Shown here: piece by piece, positions 22,801 through 37,000 of the stretch | Position numbering within the stretch: position 1 is the stretch's first letter | Layout of the letters: every line of letters starts with the position of its first letter | NCBI RefSeq assembly: GCF_001194135.2 | Contig: NC_069004.1 | Span: 35,891,794 to 35,931,746 of the forward strand | Direction: 5' to 3' | Length of the DNA: 39,953 nt | From: Octopus bimaculoides | Lineage: Eukaryota | Program-made: the position numbers and the translations under genes | Notes under the pieces: model-generated | Seen by the model: the letters and a program-made list of their open reading frames with translations, nothing else | Told to the model about the DNA's origin: nothing | The model's database searches: none

Positions 22801-24433
22801 TGTGTATGCATGAGTGTATGTGTGTGTATATATATATATTTGAATTTATGAATGGGATAATGTTCTCAATACATAATCTGAAGTTTATACCAATGACAAT
22901 CTACTCAGAATTCTGAGTAATGAGGAAAAGGAACCTTTAGCTTAAAGCATAAATATAAATATGTGTATAAAAAAAAAAACATTCGAGCGAGGTCGTTGCC
23001 AGTGCCACTTGCATATGTTAGACAAATATGTTATTGAAACCATTTGAACATAATCATGAATTAGAATAAAGGTTAAAGGCACGGAAGTAGATATATTTTG
23101 TGGAAGTGAAATGTAAGACGACAGTCAAAGGTGGAATTTTATAGAATGGTAGAAATCACTTATAAGAACTAAAGGTAGGTTTCTGCCAATGCTTGCAATG
23201 ATAAACGCGTTCTATAAACATGTTTACATGGGGATTCTTTGAGAATAGGATAAAAAGCATTCCACTATTACAAAGCGAGCAAAAAGATTTACCTTTGTCT
23301 AAAGGTAAAGAAATAGAGAGAATATTCCATTCCAAATTAAATTCTTTATTATGATCACCAGATTAACTTCCTAAGCCCAGCATTAGTCAATTAATCTGGT
23401 GATCATAATGGGCCTTCCACACCACTTTCCTGTCTTCATCATAATGAAGGCATCAATGACATTTCAGTTCTCTCACATACTGCATCACAATCCTGAATAC
23501 TTTATACCTCTAATCTTCACATTACAGGACAAGTCTCTTGCTTTCTGCCTCACCTTTAAACAAAGTATACCTATCACCTAGTTGCCCTTCTATCTATTTG
23601 GTAAAACTCCCTACTATCACCTTCTTTCTAAGTTTTCCAAACCTGTCACTTAGTCGTCACCATCATGTCAACCTCCAATGTTACTTTTGATTTCGTTGGG
23701 ACTTTTACATTTTGCTTTTGTGACCTTTCAGAATTATAACCATCTCTAAGCTGGGAACCACTGATTTCATCCACACATAAAACTTCACTCATATTTGTAG
23801 ATGAGACTTACCTGTGTTCGGAAAATCATAACATATTTGAGGGCATCAGCTTTGAGGATACTTTGAGCATTGACTGAAAGAGAGAGAGAGACACAGAGCA
23901 ATTAGACAAACAGACAGACAAACACTCGGATGCAGTGACATTGTTTATATCCTGTTTAAACAAAACATCTCACAGCTTGGTAGTTCATCATGCAAAGACA
24001 TGACAATAGGAAGGGCACCTGGCTGTAGAATAGTCTCCCAACCCATACCAGCATAGAAAAAGGAAACATATGAAAAACAATAGGCAGTTGCAGTGAGGAT
24101 TTGTTTTTACTGATGTTGTTAGGAGTAAGTAAATATAACAACATTTAGAACTGCTTCAAGTTAAATATTTCAAGAATATGTAAAGAAAACCACAGAGGCT
24201 AACAAAAGAGAAAGAATAAGGATAAGAAATGTCCACTCACCATCAGCAGACTGTAAGTCTGTTAATATATAAGTCTGATAGAAATCTGTGATGTTTACCA
24301 AAGAACTTGTCTGTGTGATTCCATGCTGAAAAAAGATGCCAGAGATCCCATGACCAGTAATTTACAAAGACTGATCCAATCGAAACACATCTGTACACTA
24401 TTTGCATTCAAAACTGTACAGTATAAAGCACAC

Positions 24434-24472
<39 letters not shown>

Positions 24473-25329
24473 NNNNNNNNNNNNNNNNNNNNNNNNNNNN
24501 NNNNNNNNNNNNNNNNNNNNNNNNNNNNNNNNNNNNNNNNNNNNNNNNNNNNNNNNNNNNNNNNNNNNNNNNNNNNNNNNNNNNNNNNNNNNNNNNNNNN
24601 NNNNNNNNNNNNNNNNNNNNNNNNNNNNNNNNNNNNNNNNNNNNNNNNNNNNNNNNNNNNNNNNNNNNNNNNNNNNNNNNNNNNNNNNNNNNNNNNNNNN
24701 NNNNNNNNNNNNNNNNNNNNNNNNNNNNNNNNNNNNNNNNNNNNNNNNNNNNNNNNNNNNNNNNNNNNNNNNNNNNNNNNNNNNNNNNNNNNNNNNNNNN
24801 NNNNNNNNNNNNNNNNNNNNNNNNNNNNNNNNNNNNNNNNNNNNNNNNNNNNNNNNNNNNNNNNNNNNNNNNNNNNNNNNNNNNNNNNNNNNNNNNNNNN
24901 NNNNNNNNNNNNNNNNNNNNNNNNNNNNNNNNNNNNNNNNNNNNNNNNAAGAAAGAAGAAAAAGAGGAAGAAAGAAGAAAAAGAGAAAAAAAGAAAAAGA
25001 GAAAAAAAAGAAAAAGAGGAAGAAAGAAGAAAAAGAGGAAGAAAGAAGAAAAAGAGAAAAAAAGAAAAAGAGAAAAAAAAGAAAAAGAGGAAGAAAGAAG
25101 AAAACTATTGATTCAGCACTAAATACATTGATCAGTCACACACCATTGAACCTACTTGTGGCATTAGAGCTGGTAATAATGAGAGGAGGGCATTGGGGCA
25201 GACAAGCACCTACAAGGGGCACCCCCTGACATCTCAGTGAGGTGAACTGCTAGAATTATAGTCTAAACATCAATATACTGACCGACACAAGCAAACAGAT
25301 GAGAAGGAAATAGAACATAGGTAGTAGTG

Positions 25330-25361
<32 letters not shown>

Positions 25362-25501
25362 TTACCTTTTGTGTTTGACCTTTTGACACCAAAGATGTGA
25401 CAAGATAAATGGCAGTGTCTTTACATTTCCAGTTGGCTGTTGGGTTACTGGAGTATTGCTGAAATATGGTACAGATATATAAGAGAGAGAGAGAGAGAGA
25501 G

Positions 25502-25573
<72 letters not shown>

Positions 25574-28500
25574 NNNNNNNNNNNNNNNNNNNNNNNNNNN
25601 NNNNNNNNNNNNNNNNNNNNNNNNNNNNNNNNNNNNNNNNNNNNNNNNNNNNNNNNNNNNNAAAAAAAAAAAAAAAAAAAGAGAACTGAATTGGGGAATT
25701 CATAAATGAAAATATTATAATACCAACAGCAACAACAAACCTGAAGTAAAGCTTGGATGTATTGGGAGAAGTTTTGAATGACTGGTTCTTCAAAGATCTT
25801 ACACAAGGCCTGCACCAGATCACAAGCAGCACGCCGCCGTGTATCAATATCTACCAAATGAACAAAAATGGTGATGAAAGGAAAAAGAAATATACAACTA
25901 CCATTTAAGCATCTTAACACCCCTCTACATCCCTCTCACCTCCATCCCCCACAACACTCCTACAACCTCCAACATCACTTATTCACTCCCCACCACCACC
26001 ACCACCACCTCCTCTATAACTACCAATGTTTCAATAAAATCCACCAGCTCCACAAACTCTACCACCTTCATGTCTTGTACAAGCAAATTCAGTTGCTACT
26101 TCTAGCATGCTGAGAGGCCACATAAAGGAGCCCCCTACTGGCCTAGGACATGTGTTTCTGGAGAAACCACTTATTATTCACAATGATTTCAGTTCACTAA
26201 GTTGTTAATGAGGGGCAATAGACAGCATCAATTCACTGAAAGACTGGTGCCTGCTCCTGTTTGAGTGCAAGAAATCACACGAACAATGGACAGGGATAAA
26301 CAATGGACAAGGATATAACTCTGCATAGAGGGACAGTGAGACAAGAGTACAATAATGACAGTAGGAACATGAACAAAAGAGTAGAGTACAAAAGCACAAT
26401 GAGAAGATAGAGTATTATGGCATGACACCAGGAACAAGAGGAACCGAGTACCATAGTCATGGACACAATGATGCAGAAATAGAACCCTGAATATGGGAGT
26501 ATACGATGATGCAGAAGTGCAACATGAGAGACTTAGGAACCATCATCCTTTAACGTCCATTTTCCATGTTGGCATGGGTTGGACAGTTTGACAGGAGTAG
26601 GTAAATCAGAGGACCGCACCAAGCACTACTGCCAGTTTGGCCATGATTTCTGAAACTTGAAGCCTTTCCTGACACCATTTTTACATGATATCAGCACTGG
26701 CAAGGTCACCTTGTAACTTGGGTTAGGGTTAGACAAAAAACCCCAACTAAGAGGAAGTTTGGTAATGAGGGAGATGGTTTTTGTGTCAGGTGATGAAAGG
26801 TTAAATTGCGATAGACGGACAGAAGCAGGTTGTTGTAGAGGAGGTAACCTCAATATACAAGGTGAATGTTATGACAATAAAATTTAAAAAAAAACAATAC
26901 AACATAATTTCACAAGAGTCCACCAAAGCAGCTTCAAAATATGACACAAAGTACAAGAATATTGTTGGAGTTGATAATAATGAAAAGCACCCACCTGATC
27001 CTTCAATATCTCGACGAATGTACTCCTCTGGGTTGTCTTCAAATAACTCTTCATCAGCCGCTAGTTAGATATTGGTAGAAGGTAAATAGAGGCAAAAAAA
27101 TTTTAATAAACATACTGACATATCTAGTCTTGATAATAATAACTTACAAAAATGAAGAAAAAGGGTCAGTCAATTATATTGACCTCAGTAGTTGACTGGT
27201 ACTTTATTTTATTGACCCTGAAGGTGATGAAAAACAAAGTTGAACTCAACGAGATTTGAACTTAGAACATAATATGTTATAACTAAATACCAGAAGGCAT
27301 TTTATCTGTTGGTGTAATAATTCTGCCAATCCAATTATCACAAACTTAGGTACTAAAAAAGGGAACAATTTATTCAATGGATCTCAATACTTTACTGAGG
27401 ATATTTATTTATCAATAGAGGGGATAAAAACAAAACAACATAAGCATATTTGAAATTTAGAACATTAAAAATTAGGTTATTTACAAAATTATTCATAGAA
27501 ATTCTATTCTAACAATATGTTAAAAATCAAATTTTGCTTCTCAACCACATGATTCCAGTTTTGGAATCTTAAGCAAATGTCCATTTATGACATAATCTTA
27601 GGGTGACTAACGCCTTCTGAGTGGAACTGCCAGATGAACATTGAAAACCTTGTTATATGTATACCGTAATAACCGATGTAATTTGCACAGGTGATTTTTC
27701 AGGATAAATTTTTTTTTTTTAAATGCTTCTACTCATGTAAAATTCGCACCCAAAAGTTTTCAGAATTGCCAATATGGCCAGGGGAAAGAGGTTTTCAATT
27801 CAGTTGTATTTAGCATAATTTTATCTACTTATAATTAGATTTTATTGAATTTTCGTTAAATAAAAATAATTTCTGTTTAACAGGTATCACATTGAAAGCT
27901 ATTAAATTACAAAGTGCTTGCGTTGCCTTTTATATAAATAAAATCAGTTTTGTGGGACTGACACAGGTCAGTCCATTTTACTCACTTGGTATACCCTCCT
28001 CCTCCTCCTTCCTCCTTTATGAAACTGACCACAACAGTCTGCTTTAGCCACTCGTTATACCCTCCTCCTTCCTCAACGTTAACATTCCAATAATAAAAAT
28101 AAATAAATGTAAAATATGATGCTGATTGTGTGTGTGTGTGTGTGTGTGTTTGCATGCATGTAACTGTATGAGACTGTGTTTAAGTGTGTGTTTGTATGCG
28201 TAACTGTATGAGACTGTGTGTGCTTGTGTGTGCGCACACGCACGTACCTGTATAAGACTGGTTGTTTTGTGCGTCTCCGCATAACCGGAAATAACCAAAG
28301 TATTATTTAACAAATTGTGAGCATGTATATATGATACAATGACGGAAATTGTTGTATACAGTACTAGGGTGCACTACAACTTAAAAAAAAAAAAAAAGAT
28401 ACCATCAGGTGTACTGTTGGCGGATTTCAGGAAGCATGGAAGTTTTGAAGGATGTTGTGTCTCGACAGCTAACAACTGATGCGGGTAGTTTATTCCATGC

Positions 28501-31500
28501 CTCAGCAATTCTGAGCATGGAAAAAAGTCTTCGAAAGTCATGGCTGCAGTGTTGTTTTTTTGATTTTATAAGCATGTCTGCGAGTGTTTGTTACATGGAA
28601 TTCAGAAAGGTTATTGTTGGAAAGATGGTAGAGAATTATTTTACATATTGTTGTGGGCTGAATGGATCACCAACATCCAAGTCTGTTTTTATTCAGACCA
28701 GAGGACCAAACCTCACTAGTACATTTCCTTTTTGTGTCAGTTTTTATAGCTGAATGCCTTTCCTATCAACAACCACTTTACAGAGTGAGGTTGCCATATC
28801 TTCATACAGTTGAAACTGGTGGCCAATCAATGTCACTCTATTCTTTTCCACTGCAAAAGCAACAACAACAACACAACAGAAAATAATAAATAAAAGGAGA
28901 GGGGAAAAACTCACTGCGGAACTGCATGTTGGGAACAATGACTTTCTCACAAATACTCCCAAGGGTGTTACTCTCTTCAAACAGTTTCTTGTAACTTGGT
29001 CGTTCTGCTACTGACGCCAAAAACTGGATAGCATTGCTAACCAACTGCAACGGTTGGAAAATTTAAGGAGAATATGAATTTTGTGAAATTAATGAGTGAC
29101 TGAAAGAGAGACAGATATTTATTCTAAAATGAGAGTAAGATATACACAAACAACAAGTTAAGAATGAAAAGAGCAAGACATGGCTGTGGGGTTAATAAGT
29201 TGGATTTACAACTGTGTGTTCATAGGTTCTAAAACTTCTACATTTCTTTTGGCAGATCAATGGCAAATGGAAACTAGTTGGAAGCCTGTCATTTGTGTAA
29301 GTATGTGTGCTCAGTTTGTTTTAGTCATAACATCTAAGGGCATACATATCCTACATCATCATCAGCAGCAGCATCATTTAATGTCCAGTTTCCATGCTGG
29401 CATGGGTTGGACGGTTTGACTGGAGCTGGTAAGCCAGAAGACTGCACCAGGCTTCACTATCTGTTTTACCATGATTTCTACAGCTAGATGTCCTTCCAAA
29501 CACCAACCACTTCACAGTGTGGATTGGATTCTTTTTTACGTGGCACCNNNNNNNNNNNNNNNNNNNNNNNNNNNNNNNNNNNNNNNNNNNNNNNNNNNNN
29601 NNNNNNNNNNNNNNNNNNNNNNNNNNNNNNNNNNNNNNNNNNNNNNNNNNNNNNNNNNNNNNNNNNNNNNNNNNNNNNNNNNNNNNNNNNNNNNNNNNNN
29701 NNNNNNNNNNNNNNNNNNNNNNNNNNNNNNNNNNNNNNNNNNNNNNNNNNNNNNNNNNNNNNNNNNNNNNNNNNNNNNNNNNNNNNNNNNNNNNNNNNNN
29801 NNNNNNNNNNNNNNNNNNNNNNNNNNNNNNNNNNNNNNNNNNNNNNNNNNNNNNNNNNNNNNNNNNNNNNNNNNNNNNNNNNNNNNNNNNNNNNNNNNNN
29901 NNNNNNNNNNNNNNNNNNNNNNNNNNNNNNNNNNNNNNNNNNNNNNNNNNNNNNNNNNNNNNNNNNNNNNNNNNNNNNNNNNNNNNNNNNNNNNNNNNNN
30001 NNNNNNNNNNNNNNNNNNNNNNNNNNNNNNNNNNNNNNNNNNNNNNNNNNNNNNNNNNNNNNNNNNNNNNNNNNNNNNNNNNNNNNNNNNNNNNNNNNNN
30101 NNNNNNNNNNNNNNNNNNNNNNNNNNNNNNNNNNNNNNNNNNNNNNNNNNNNNNNNNNNNNNNNATATCTTTGTTGAGGATTGCTCTGCATTTTACATTT
30201 GATGTAATGTTCGCATTGCTTAAATAAATGGAGTCGCATGAAACGATCGTACTGCATTAACTTTGGATATCCGTGTTGCTTATTTTGATTTTAATCACCT
30301 TATTTTGAAACTGTATGGATAATACCATACTTAATTCTGGTGCCTAAACTTAAGTACCATATTCACCTTGAATCTAAATTATATATATATATGTGTGTGT
30401 GTGTGTCTGTCTGTATCCCCCCCCCACCGTCACACCGCTTGACCACTGGTGTTGTTGTTTACGTCCCTGTAACCTAGCGGTTTGGCAAAAAAGACCAATA
30501 GAATAAGTACTAGGCTTAGAAAATAAGTCTAGGGGTTGATTTGCTTCGCTAAAACCTTTTGCGGCAGTGCTCCAGCATGGCCGCAATCAAATGACTGAAA
30601 CAAATAAAAGAATAAAAGAATAATATAAATACTAACAAGGTCATACTTGACTTGTTGTCCTGTAGTGACCAGAAGGTTCCAGATAGCAGTCACAAAGTCT
30701 GGAAGATGAGGACCAAATTCTTCATCATACTTTTGAGCATAAAGAGTTACATTGTCACAAATTTGGGATTTCACTTGTTCTAGGACACCAGCTTCATCTT
30801 CATCCTGTGCATATATATATATATAGAGAGAGAGAGAAGCGAATTAGAGAAACATTTATGAGGGTAGAGGAAGAGACATTCAGTGGTAAAGAGAAAAGGA
30901 AGGCAAGATGATTGCAGCTCAATAGTCCTTGACTAGAGGTCTTAGGACGGATCAGGTTAAGCTGAGGTCACTAGATGACCTAAATACAAACAAATTCTAC
31001 TGTAGCAACAATTAAAAAAAAGAGCCATCTGTTTACCTGTGTCTGTAACAATTTATTGTCCACTTGCAAGAGAGTTTTGAAATGAGCCATCCATGTAGCC
31101 ATATTGTCCTCAAAATGTTCTGGAATATCCTACAAATAAAAGTTAACACCATGACACAATATTTGCACCGGATAATTTGTCTTCCATTTTCAGTCTCACA
31201 TCCCCACACAATTATATATAATATAAGGTAAGCCTGCACTTGCCCTTAATCAACCCAACCCACTATTCTCCTCATCACTCTCTGTCCCATTTTCCTATTC
31301 TTCGTCTCAGTGGTGAGGGTCGCCTTGTAACTTGAAAGAGTAAAGAACAAGTTAGAAGGTGACTTCATAAGTGCTGGTGCAATGAAAGAAAACACCCGGT
31401 ACATACCAAAGTGATTGGTGAAGTAGGAAGAGCACAGGGCAGAGAGGACTCTTCCTGTACTGAAGGGCAAAACAATTTCTATATTACTGAGGCTACCAAA

Positions 31501-33107
31501 AAATATGCACCCTGTATACTTTGTGAAATGGGTCAAGGGTTAGAAGAGGAAAGACACAAAAATCAAATGTAATTGGAGTGGGATGAGGGATGACAAAGGT
31601 CGTGTAGAGTGGAAGAAGACTTACCTGATAGTTTAAACTATAAAATATTTTACACATGAGAACAATGGAGCTGAATATAACCTTCAAGGCAACAGGGTCA
31701 TTACTGTGGTTCTCAGCCAATTGCATGGTGGTCTAGGGATCAAAGAAAGAGAGAAAGTACAGTAAGTAATAATTACATCATGGAACACAATTCTAGCCAT
31801 TTAATAACACACAAAACTACTGAAATAACTTAATTCCATGAATTCTCAAAATTTTCTGCAATGACCAAGTTGCAGTTGGGCTACGAAATTCTTAACATTT
31901 CAGGAAATTTCAAAAAAAAAAAAAAAACGAATAAACAACTTGTGTATTATTAGATGGCTGTTCTATAATGAAGGTGCTTCAGTTTCAACAGTCAGTCTCA
32001 GATGTAAAGTTGCTATACAATTACAACTCTGAACTATATAAACAGGTTTCAGTTAAAATTACTATTCCAACTTCTACCTTAATTGCAGCTATGAGCTGAA
32101 TTCAACATTTGCTGAGTACATTGGACTTTTCAAAATCTTGGGGCCATGGAAAAATTCATTTAAATAAAAAGTCTTTCATATAGAAAAGGTTGGGAACTGC
32201 TGGTTTACAGTCACTCAACCAACAAGAAATAGTAGCAATATCCCTCTCCAAATTACACCCTACCATCTTTAAAAAAAACAAAAAAAACAAGGACACACTA
32301 CATAATGCAGTCTTAAATATTCTTGAAAAAAAAGGTCCTGCCTGGAATGTCTTGAATTATAAGTCTAATCTGGGAGTAAACACAAGAATATAGATGCAAA
32401 AAGAAAAAAAAAACGTCTTACAATAAAGAGCTGAGTAAATTGGGCAGCAAAATTATCCAAAACAAATTTGATCTCTGTCCAAAGTTCCTGAGATTTGAAT
32501 TCATGCCGATATCTGGAATATGAAGAAACACAGAGAGGAATATATACATACGTGTATATACATATATATATATATACTTCTAATATAAGGATAACATTTT
32601 TCAAAAACGATCAAAAAAAAAAATCTATCAGTGGCCAGCATATTAAAATACCTTTCAAGGTGAAAATATAAACAATTACAAATAAGGGCAAAAGGAAAAA
32701 TTTTCTATGCCAATATGATGAAAAATAGGCTTTAGACCGTCAATCACCACATATAATATTTTTCACTGCGTGCTGAAACAAGGAAAGCAAACCAGCAGAA
32801 ATTTTAGATATATTTGAGGTACTTAAACATACTTGTGACTTTGCATCTGCTTTTCCCATGGGTATATGTGAGTATTCCATTTATTTCTAATCATGTTTCT
32901 TGCTGAAGAAGGAAGAATCCTTGTAGATTAATCCAGAAATCAGATTCAGGAATAACGAATTCAAAAAAAATTTCTGCTGGCTTGCTTCCCCTGTTCCAAC
33001 ATGCTGTGGATTTATACTGAAAAATATTATATGTGGTTAGATGATCTAAAGCCTATTTTTCAGCATAGGAGCAAAGAAATTTTTTTCTTTTGCCCTTATC
33101 TATAATT

Positions 33108-33142
<35 letters not shown>

Positions 33143-33989
33143 AGGCTGAGTATGTGATTAGTGAAACGTGTGGTCGAGCATTGTCATGAAGAATGATTGG
33201 CCCTCTTCTGTTGACCAGTCTGGGACAGAGGAGTAGCAGTTTTTCGTTAATTACAAACATGATACAGATGAAGCTGATAACTTAGTGTTTGATGAGGAAC
33301 AGCTCCAATTAGACTTTGCCAGGGAATCTCTAAACAACACCATGAATGATCTTGATCTGTCACTAGTCAAGATTCACTCAGTTGCTCCACATTCCAAGAC
33401 TTCTCTTTATAAGAGAAAATGGGTAAGAACAATAGAGGGAACAGTGGAGACAGAGAGTATCCTCAAAATATACAAGTCCAAGAAGCATGGAGTGTGGTAA
33501 AGGTTGCCAGAAAATCTAACGCAGCCCAAACATCCTACAACCCCAAATGACCTTAGCCTGACACTTACCTTTTGAATAACGAATGTGCTGTCCTCAGAAT
33601 CCCATTGACAATATGGAAATCTCGGCTGACCAAATGTTCAACCATTTCACGGATTAGGTCTGGCCATTTATCAGGAAAGTCTTCTCGACCAATAATACTA
33701 ATGGCATCACTCAGCTGAAACAGAACACATGTGGCTGTAAGTTACACACTATACACACTTACATGTATAAAAAAACACACGCTACAAGTCATGCATATAA
33801 ACATGAGTAGATACACATACGTAAAAACACCTATAGCTACAAGTTATGAGACATACACGTATACATGGCTGTGTGTGTTAAGAATTTCACTTTGCAACCA
33901 ACTGGTTTGGGGTTCAGCCCACTGCACAATCCCTTACATAAATGCCTTCTTCTACAAGGAGTGAATTTGGTAGGCACAGGCTGTAGGAA

Positions 33990-34031
<42 letters not shown>

Positions 34032-37000
34032 GAATACTGACTACCCACAGCTTTGCTTAACTAAAATGATAATTATGTCTGTCTGTCTGTCTGTCTGTCT
34101 TGTTTATTGACATTATTGACAGCTGGGTATTCTGCACTTTCAAAGATTTGAGAAATAAAACAAATTCCTTATTTGAAAAAGAAACAAAGATTGGCAACAA
34201 GAAGAGCATTCGGCTATGAAACCCTTCCTCAAATAAGTCCTCATCCTCTCCACTTTATCTACAGGGTTAACAAGAATGCATTTGTCTGAAGCCAACAAAC
34301 TACAGAGACATCATTTAGTTGGCACAGCTCAAATAATGACAATTCCACACTCTCAGGCCAAAGACCAAGTTCCTAAAATGTTGAAGTCTACACTGGAGTA
34401 CAGTAACTGATCTTAGAACCCTTGTCAGCACACGCACACACAATGATGGTGATGATTAACGTGATGATAATGATGAGGAGTAGGAGGAGGATGATGATAA
34501 GTATGATGACAATGATGCCAAAATAACAACAAAAACTCTCCATACCTGGTTCTGTATCTGTTCTGGTGTTTTCAGCATCAAATCTACAATCACCTGCTTA
34601 ATGGCTGTCCTGTCTGAAGCATGGATTTTGTCGGGACTGTCATCAACCTGTCGACAGTGAAGAGGGGCTTTAGAGTAGACAGCGAATGCATGTATTTCTA
34701 GAGGACAGAATGAGCAAGTAATATTATTTCACTGTGGTGTGGACATGGCTTACATCCATTCAGAGTGGATATAAACAAAACTGTGAACACAACACCATTT
34801 TGTGCACAAGTGAACAATAGCAATACAGTAAACATTATATCTCAGCACAAGCATGGCTGTGTAGTTAACAAGTTCAATTCACTAGCTCACAATTCAGAGT
34901 CTGAATCTACTCCACAGCACTCAAAGCAAGTATCTTCAATCATGGACTTGGATTAACCCCACACAAGTGAAATTTATTCGAGTTCCATCCTTTTGTGTGG
35001 CACCTTGGACAAGGTAGCTTCTGCAGCCTTGGACAAACTGGTGCTTTGTGAGGAAAATTTGGTACATAGAAATTGAATGGAAGCCTATGTATACCTATAC
35101 ATACAAAAAGGACACATTGGAAAAGATAGTTAAAATAAAAATGGTCACATTACAACTGAAATGATTATCATGATAGGTTTGCTTCTTCTGGACTGACTTG
35201 GTGTTAAAACAAACAACTACATACATATGAATATAAGGGTCTCTGTATCTGCACAGACCTAAGCAAGGTCTATTTTTTTGTAGAAGACTGAGAGTTGCCC
35301 AGACATACAAGTCTTCTCTTACTGATATTCTCAAAAGGCAAGGGCACAGTTTTAAGGTTAATACAACTTGGTACCAGTGTTGCTGCAAATGTTGTTGTCA
35401 GAATACCAAGAGCCAGAGCAGATACTGCAAGGCATCCAGTGCAACACTCTAAAAGTCCCCCCCCCCAATCCACTGCCCACATTGAAACATTTTCATCAAT
35501 CCTAAAAAGATAAAAGGCAAAGCTGATTTAGATGGAATTTGAACTTAGAGCACATAAGACATTCTATCCAACCATCTAATAACTCTGTCAATTTGATGTC
35601 TTAGATGAATATATGATGCAGAAAAATACCTGTCGCCAGTTTCTCTTGATATAATTCTTGAAGGTCACAGCTGCACTAAGACGGATGTGAGCATCAACAG
35701 AATTGTCTAACAACTTCAGCAACAACATAGGGTAGTTTTGGTTTATTTCAACAGATTCCAGAAACTTCTCAGCTGAAAAAGAGAGATTTCCAAATATTAA
35801 CAACAGAGAGAAGAAAATAACTCTGGGAAATGTTATGTATACTAAATACAGACACAGTAACATTTCATACAAGTAATAAAGTGAGTTGAAAAACTACAAT
35901 AGACTGAGATTATCCATGTAATTAATTGACAAAAATTTCCTCTAGAAATGCTTAAAATCTAAAATGGGGAGGGAATGGATGAGAAGACAAATATAATGAA
36001 TGAAGAACAAGAGTTGGTGATGACTAGGGATCAAGTAGTATTTAGGGTTGGATGTAGTGAATGTAGAGGGGTAAGAGATGGTTTAGAGACAGAGAATGAG
36101 GGAGTGAACGTAATAATTGAAGAACAAGCACTGAGGAATGATAACCAACAGAAGGTAGGGAAAAGCAGATGATGACTAGAGACAGGAGTGTTGAACAGTG
36201 GATGCAGTGAGTACTGGATGGAGGAGGGGGTGATCAACAATACATATGAATTAGGAGAGGTAGGGGAGAGTAGATGATGATTGACAGTAGAGAAAGGGGT
36301 GAAGAGCAACAGCAGAATAATAATAACAATGATACAACAGACAGAGGAAGCATGAGAGAACGAGATGTGTGGTTGGGTAAGATGCAAGAGTGTGAGGGGA
36401 GAGCAAGAGATGTATGAGTGGTGGAGAAGTAGAGATAATTTGTGGCTGAGAAGTGTGTTCAGTGTAAGATGTAGGTGAAGAGGTGTAAATAATGGAAGAT
36501 AGATATCAAGTAGAATAATTTCAGGAGGTGAGAAAGATCAGTGATAGCAAAGAAAAGCTGGTCAAGTACAGTTCTTTCAACATTTAATTACAGCAGCAGA
36601 ATACTACAGTTAGGTAGGTAACAAAGAGATTCACTGAGATGGGGCACATCATCTCATGTATTACATGTTGCCAGTCCCGTCATCTCTTCTTGAAGTTCAA
36701 AGTCCTAGGATCAACCATCACCATTTCATCCCATGTCTTCCTGGGTCTCACTTTTCTACAAACTCCATTCACATTAAGTAATCAGCACTTCTTTACAGAT
36801 CTGTCTTCATCCATATGTACCATACCAATGCATTCTACAGTCTTGCACACTACATCTGATTCTGCTTGTGCCCAATTTCCTTTCAACATATTTGTACTGT
36901 CATTAATGCATACTTACACTAAACATCCAATAGAACAAACTAGCTTCATTTATTTTCAGTTTTCTAAAATGGTCTGCATTCACAGCTCATGTCACTACTA

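Noticed and set aside
24949-25106. K/E/R-rich coiled-coil-like peptide
   Set aside because: Purine-only simple repeat, antisense in a CSE1L intron and next to a gap
25920-26010. G-quadruplex on the pre-mRNA strand
   Set aside because: Mostly GG/GGT runs from a decayed (CAC)n repeat; only weak two-tier potential
27980-28030. Strong GTGAGT donor with an upstream cag, a possible 39-nt cassette exon
   Set aside because: Weak pyrimidine tract and an immediate stop in the required phase; lies in a GGA-rich direct repeat; no supporting evidence
2844-30257. ORFs made largely of X (2844-3476, 2858-3430, 2869-3471, 24323-25229, 25270-25920, 29471-30257)
   Set aside because: Artefacts of N gaps
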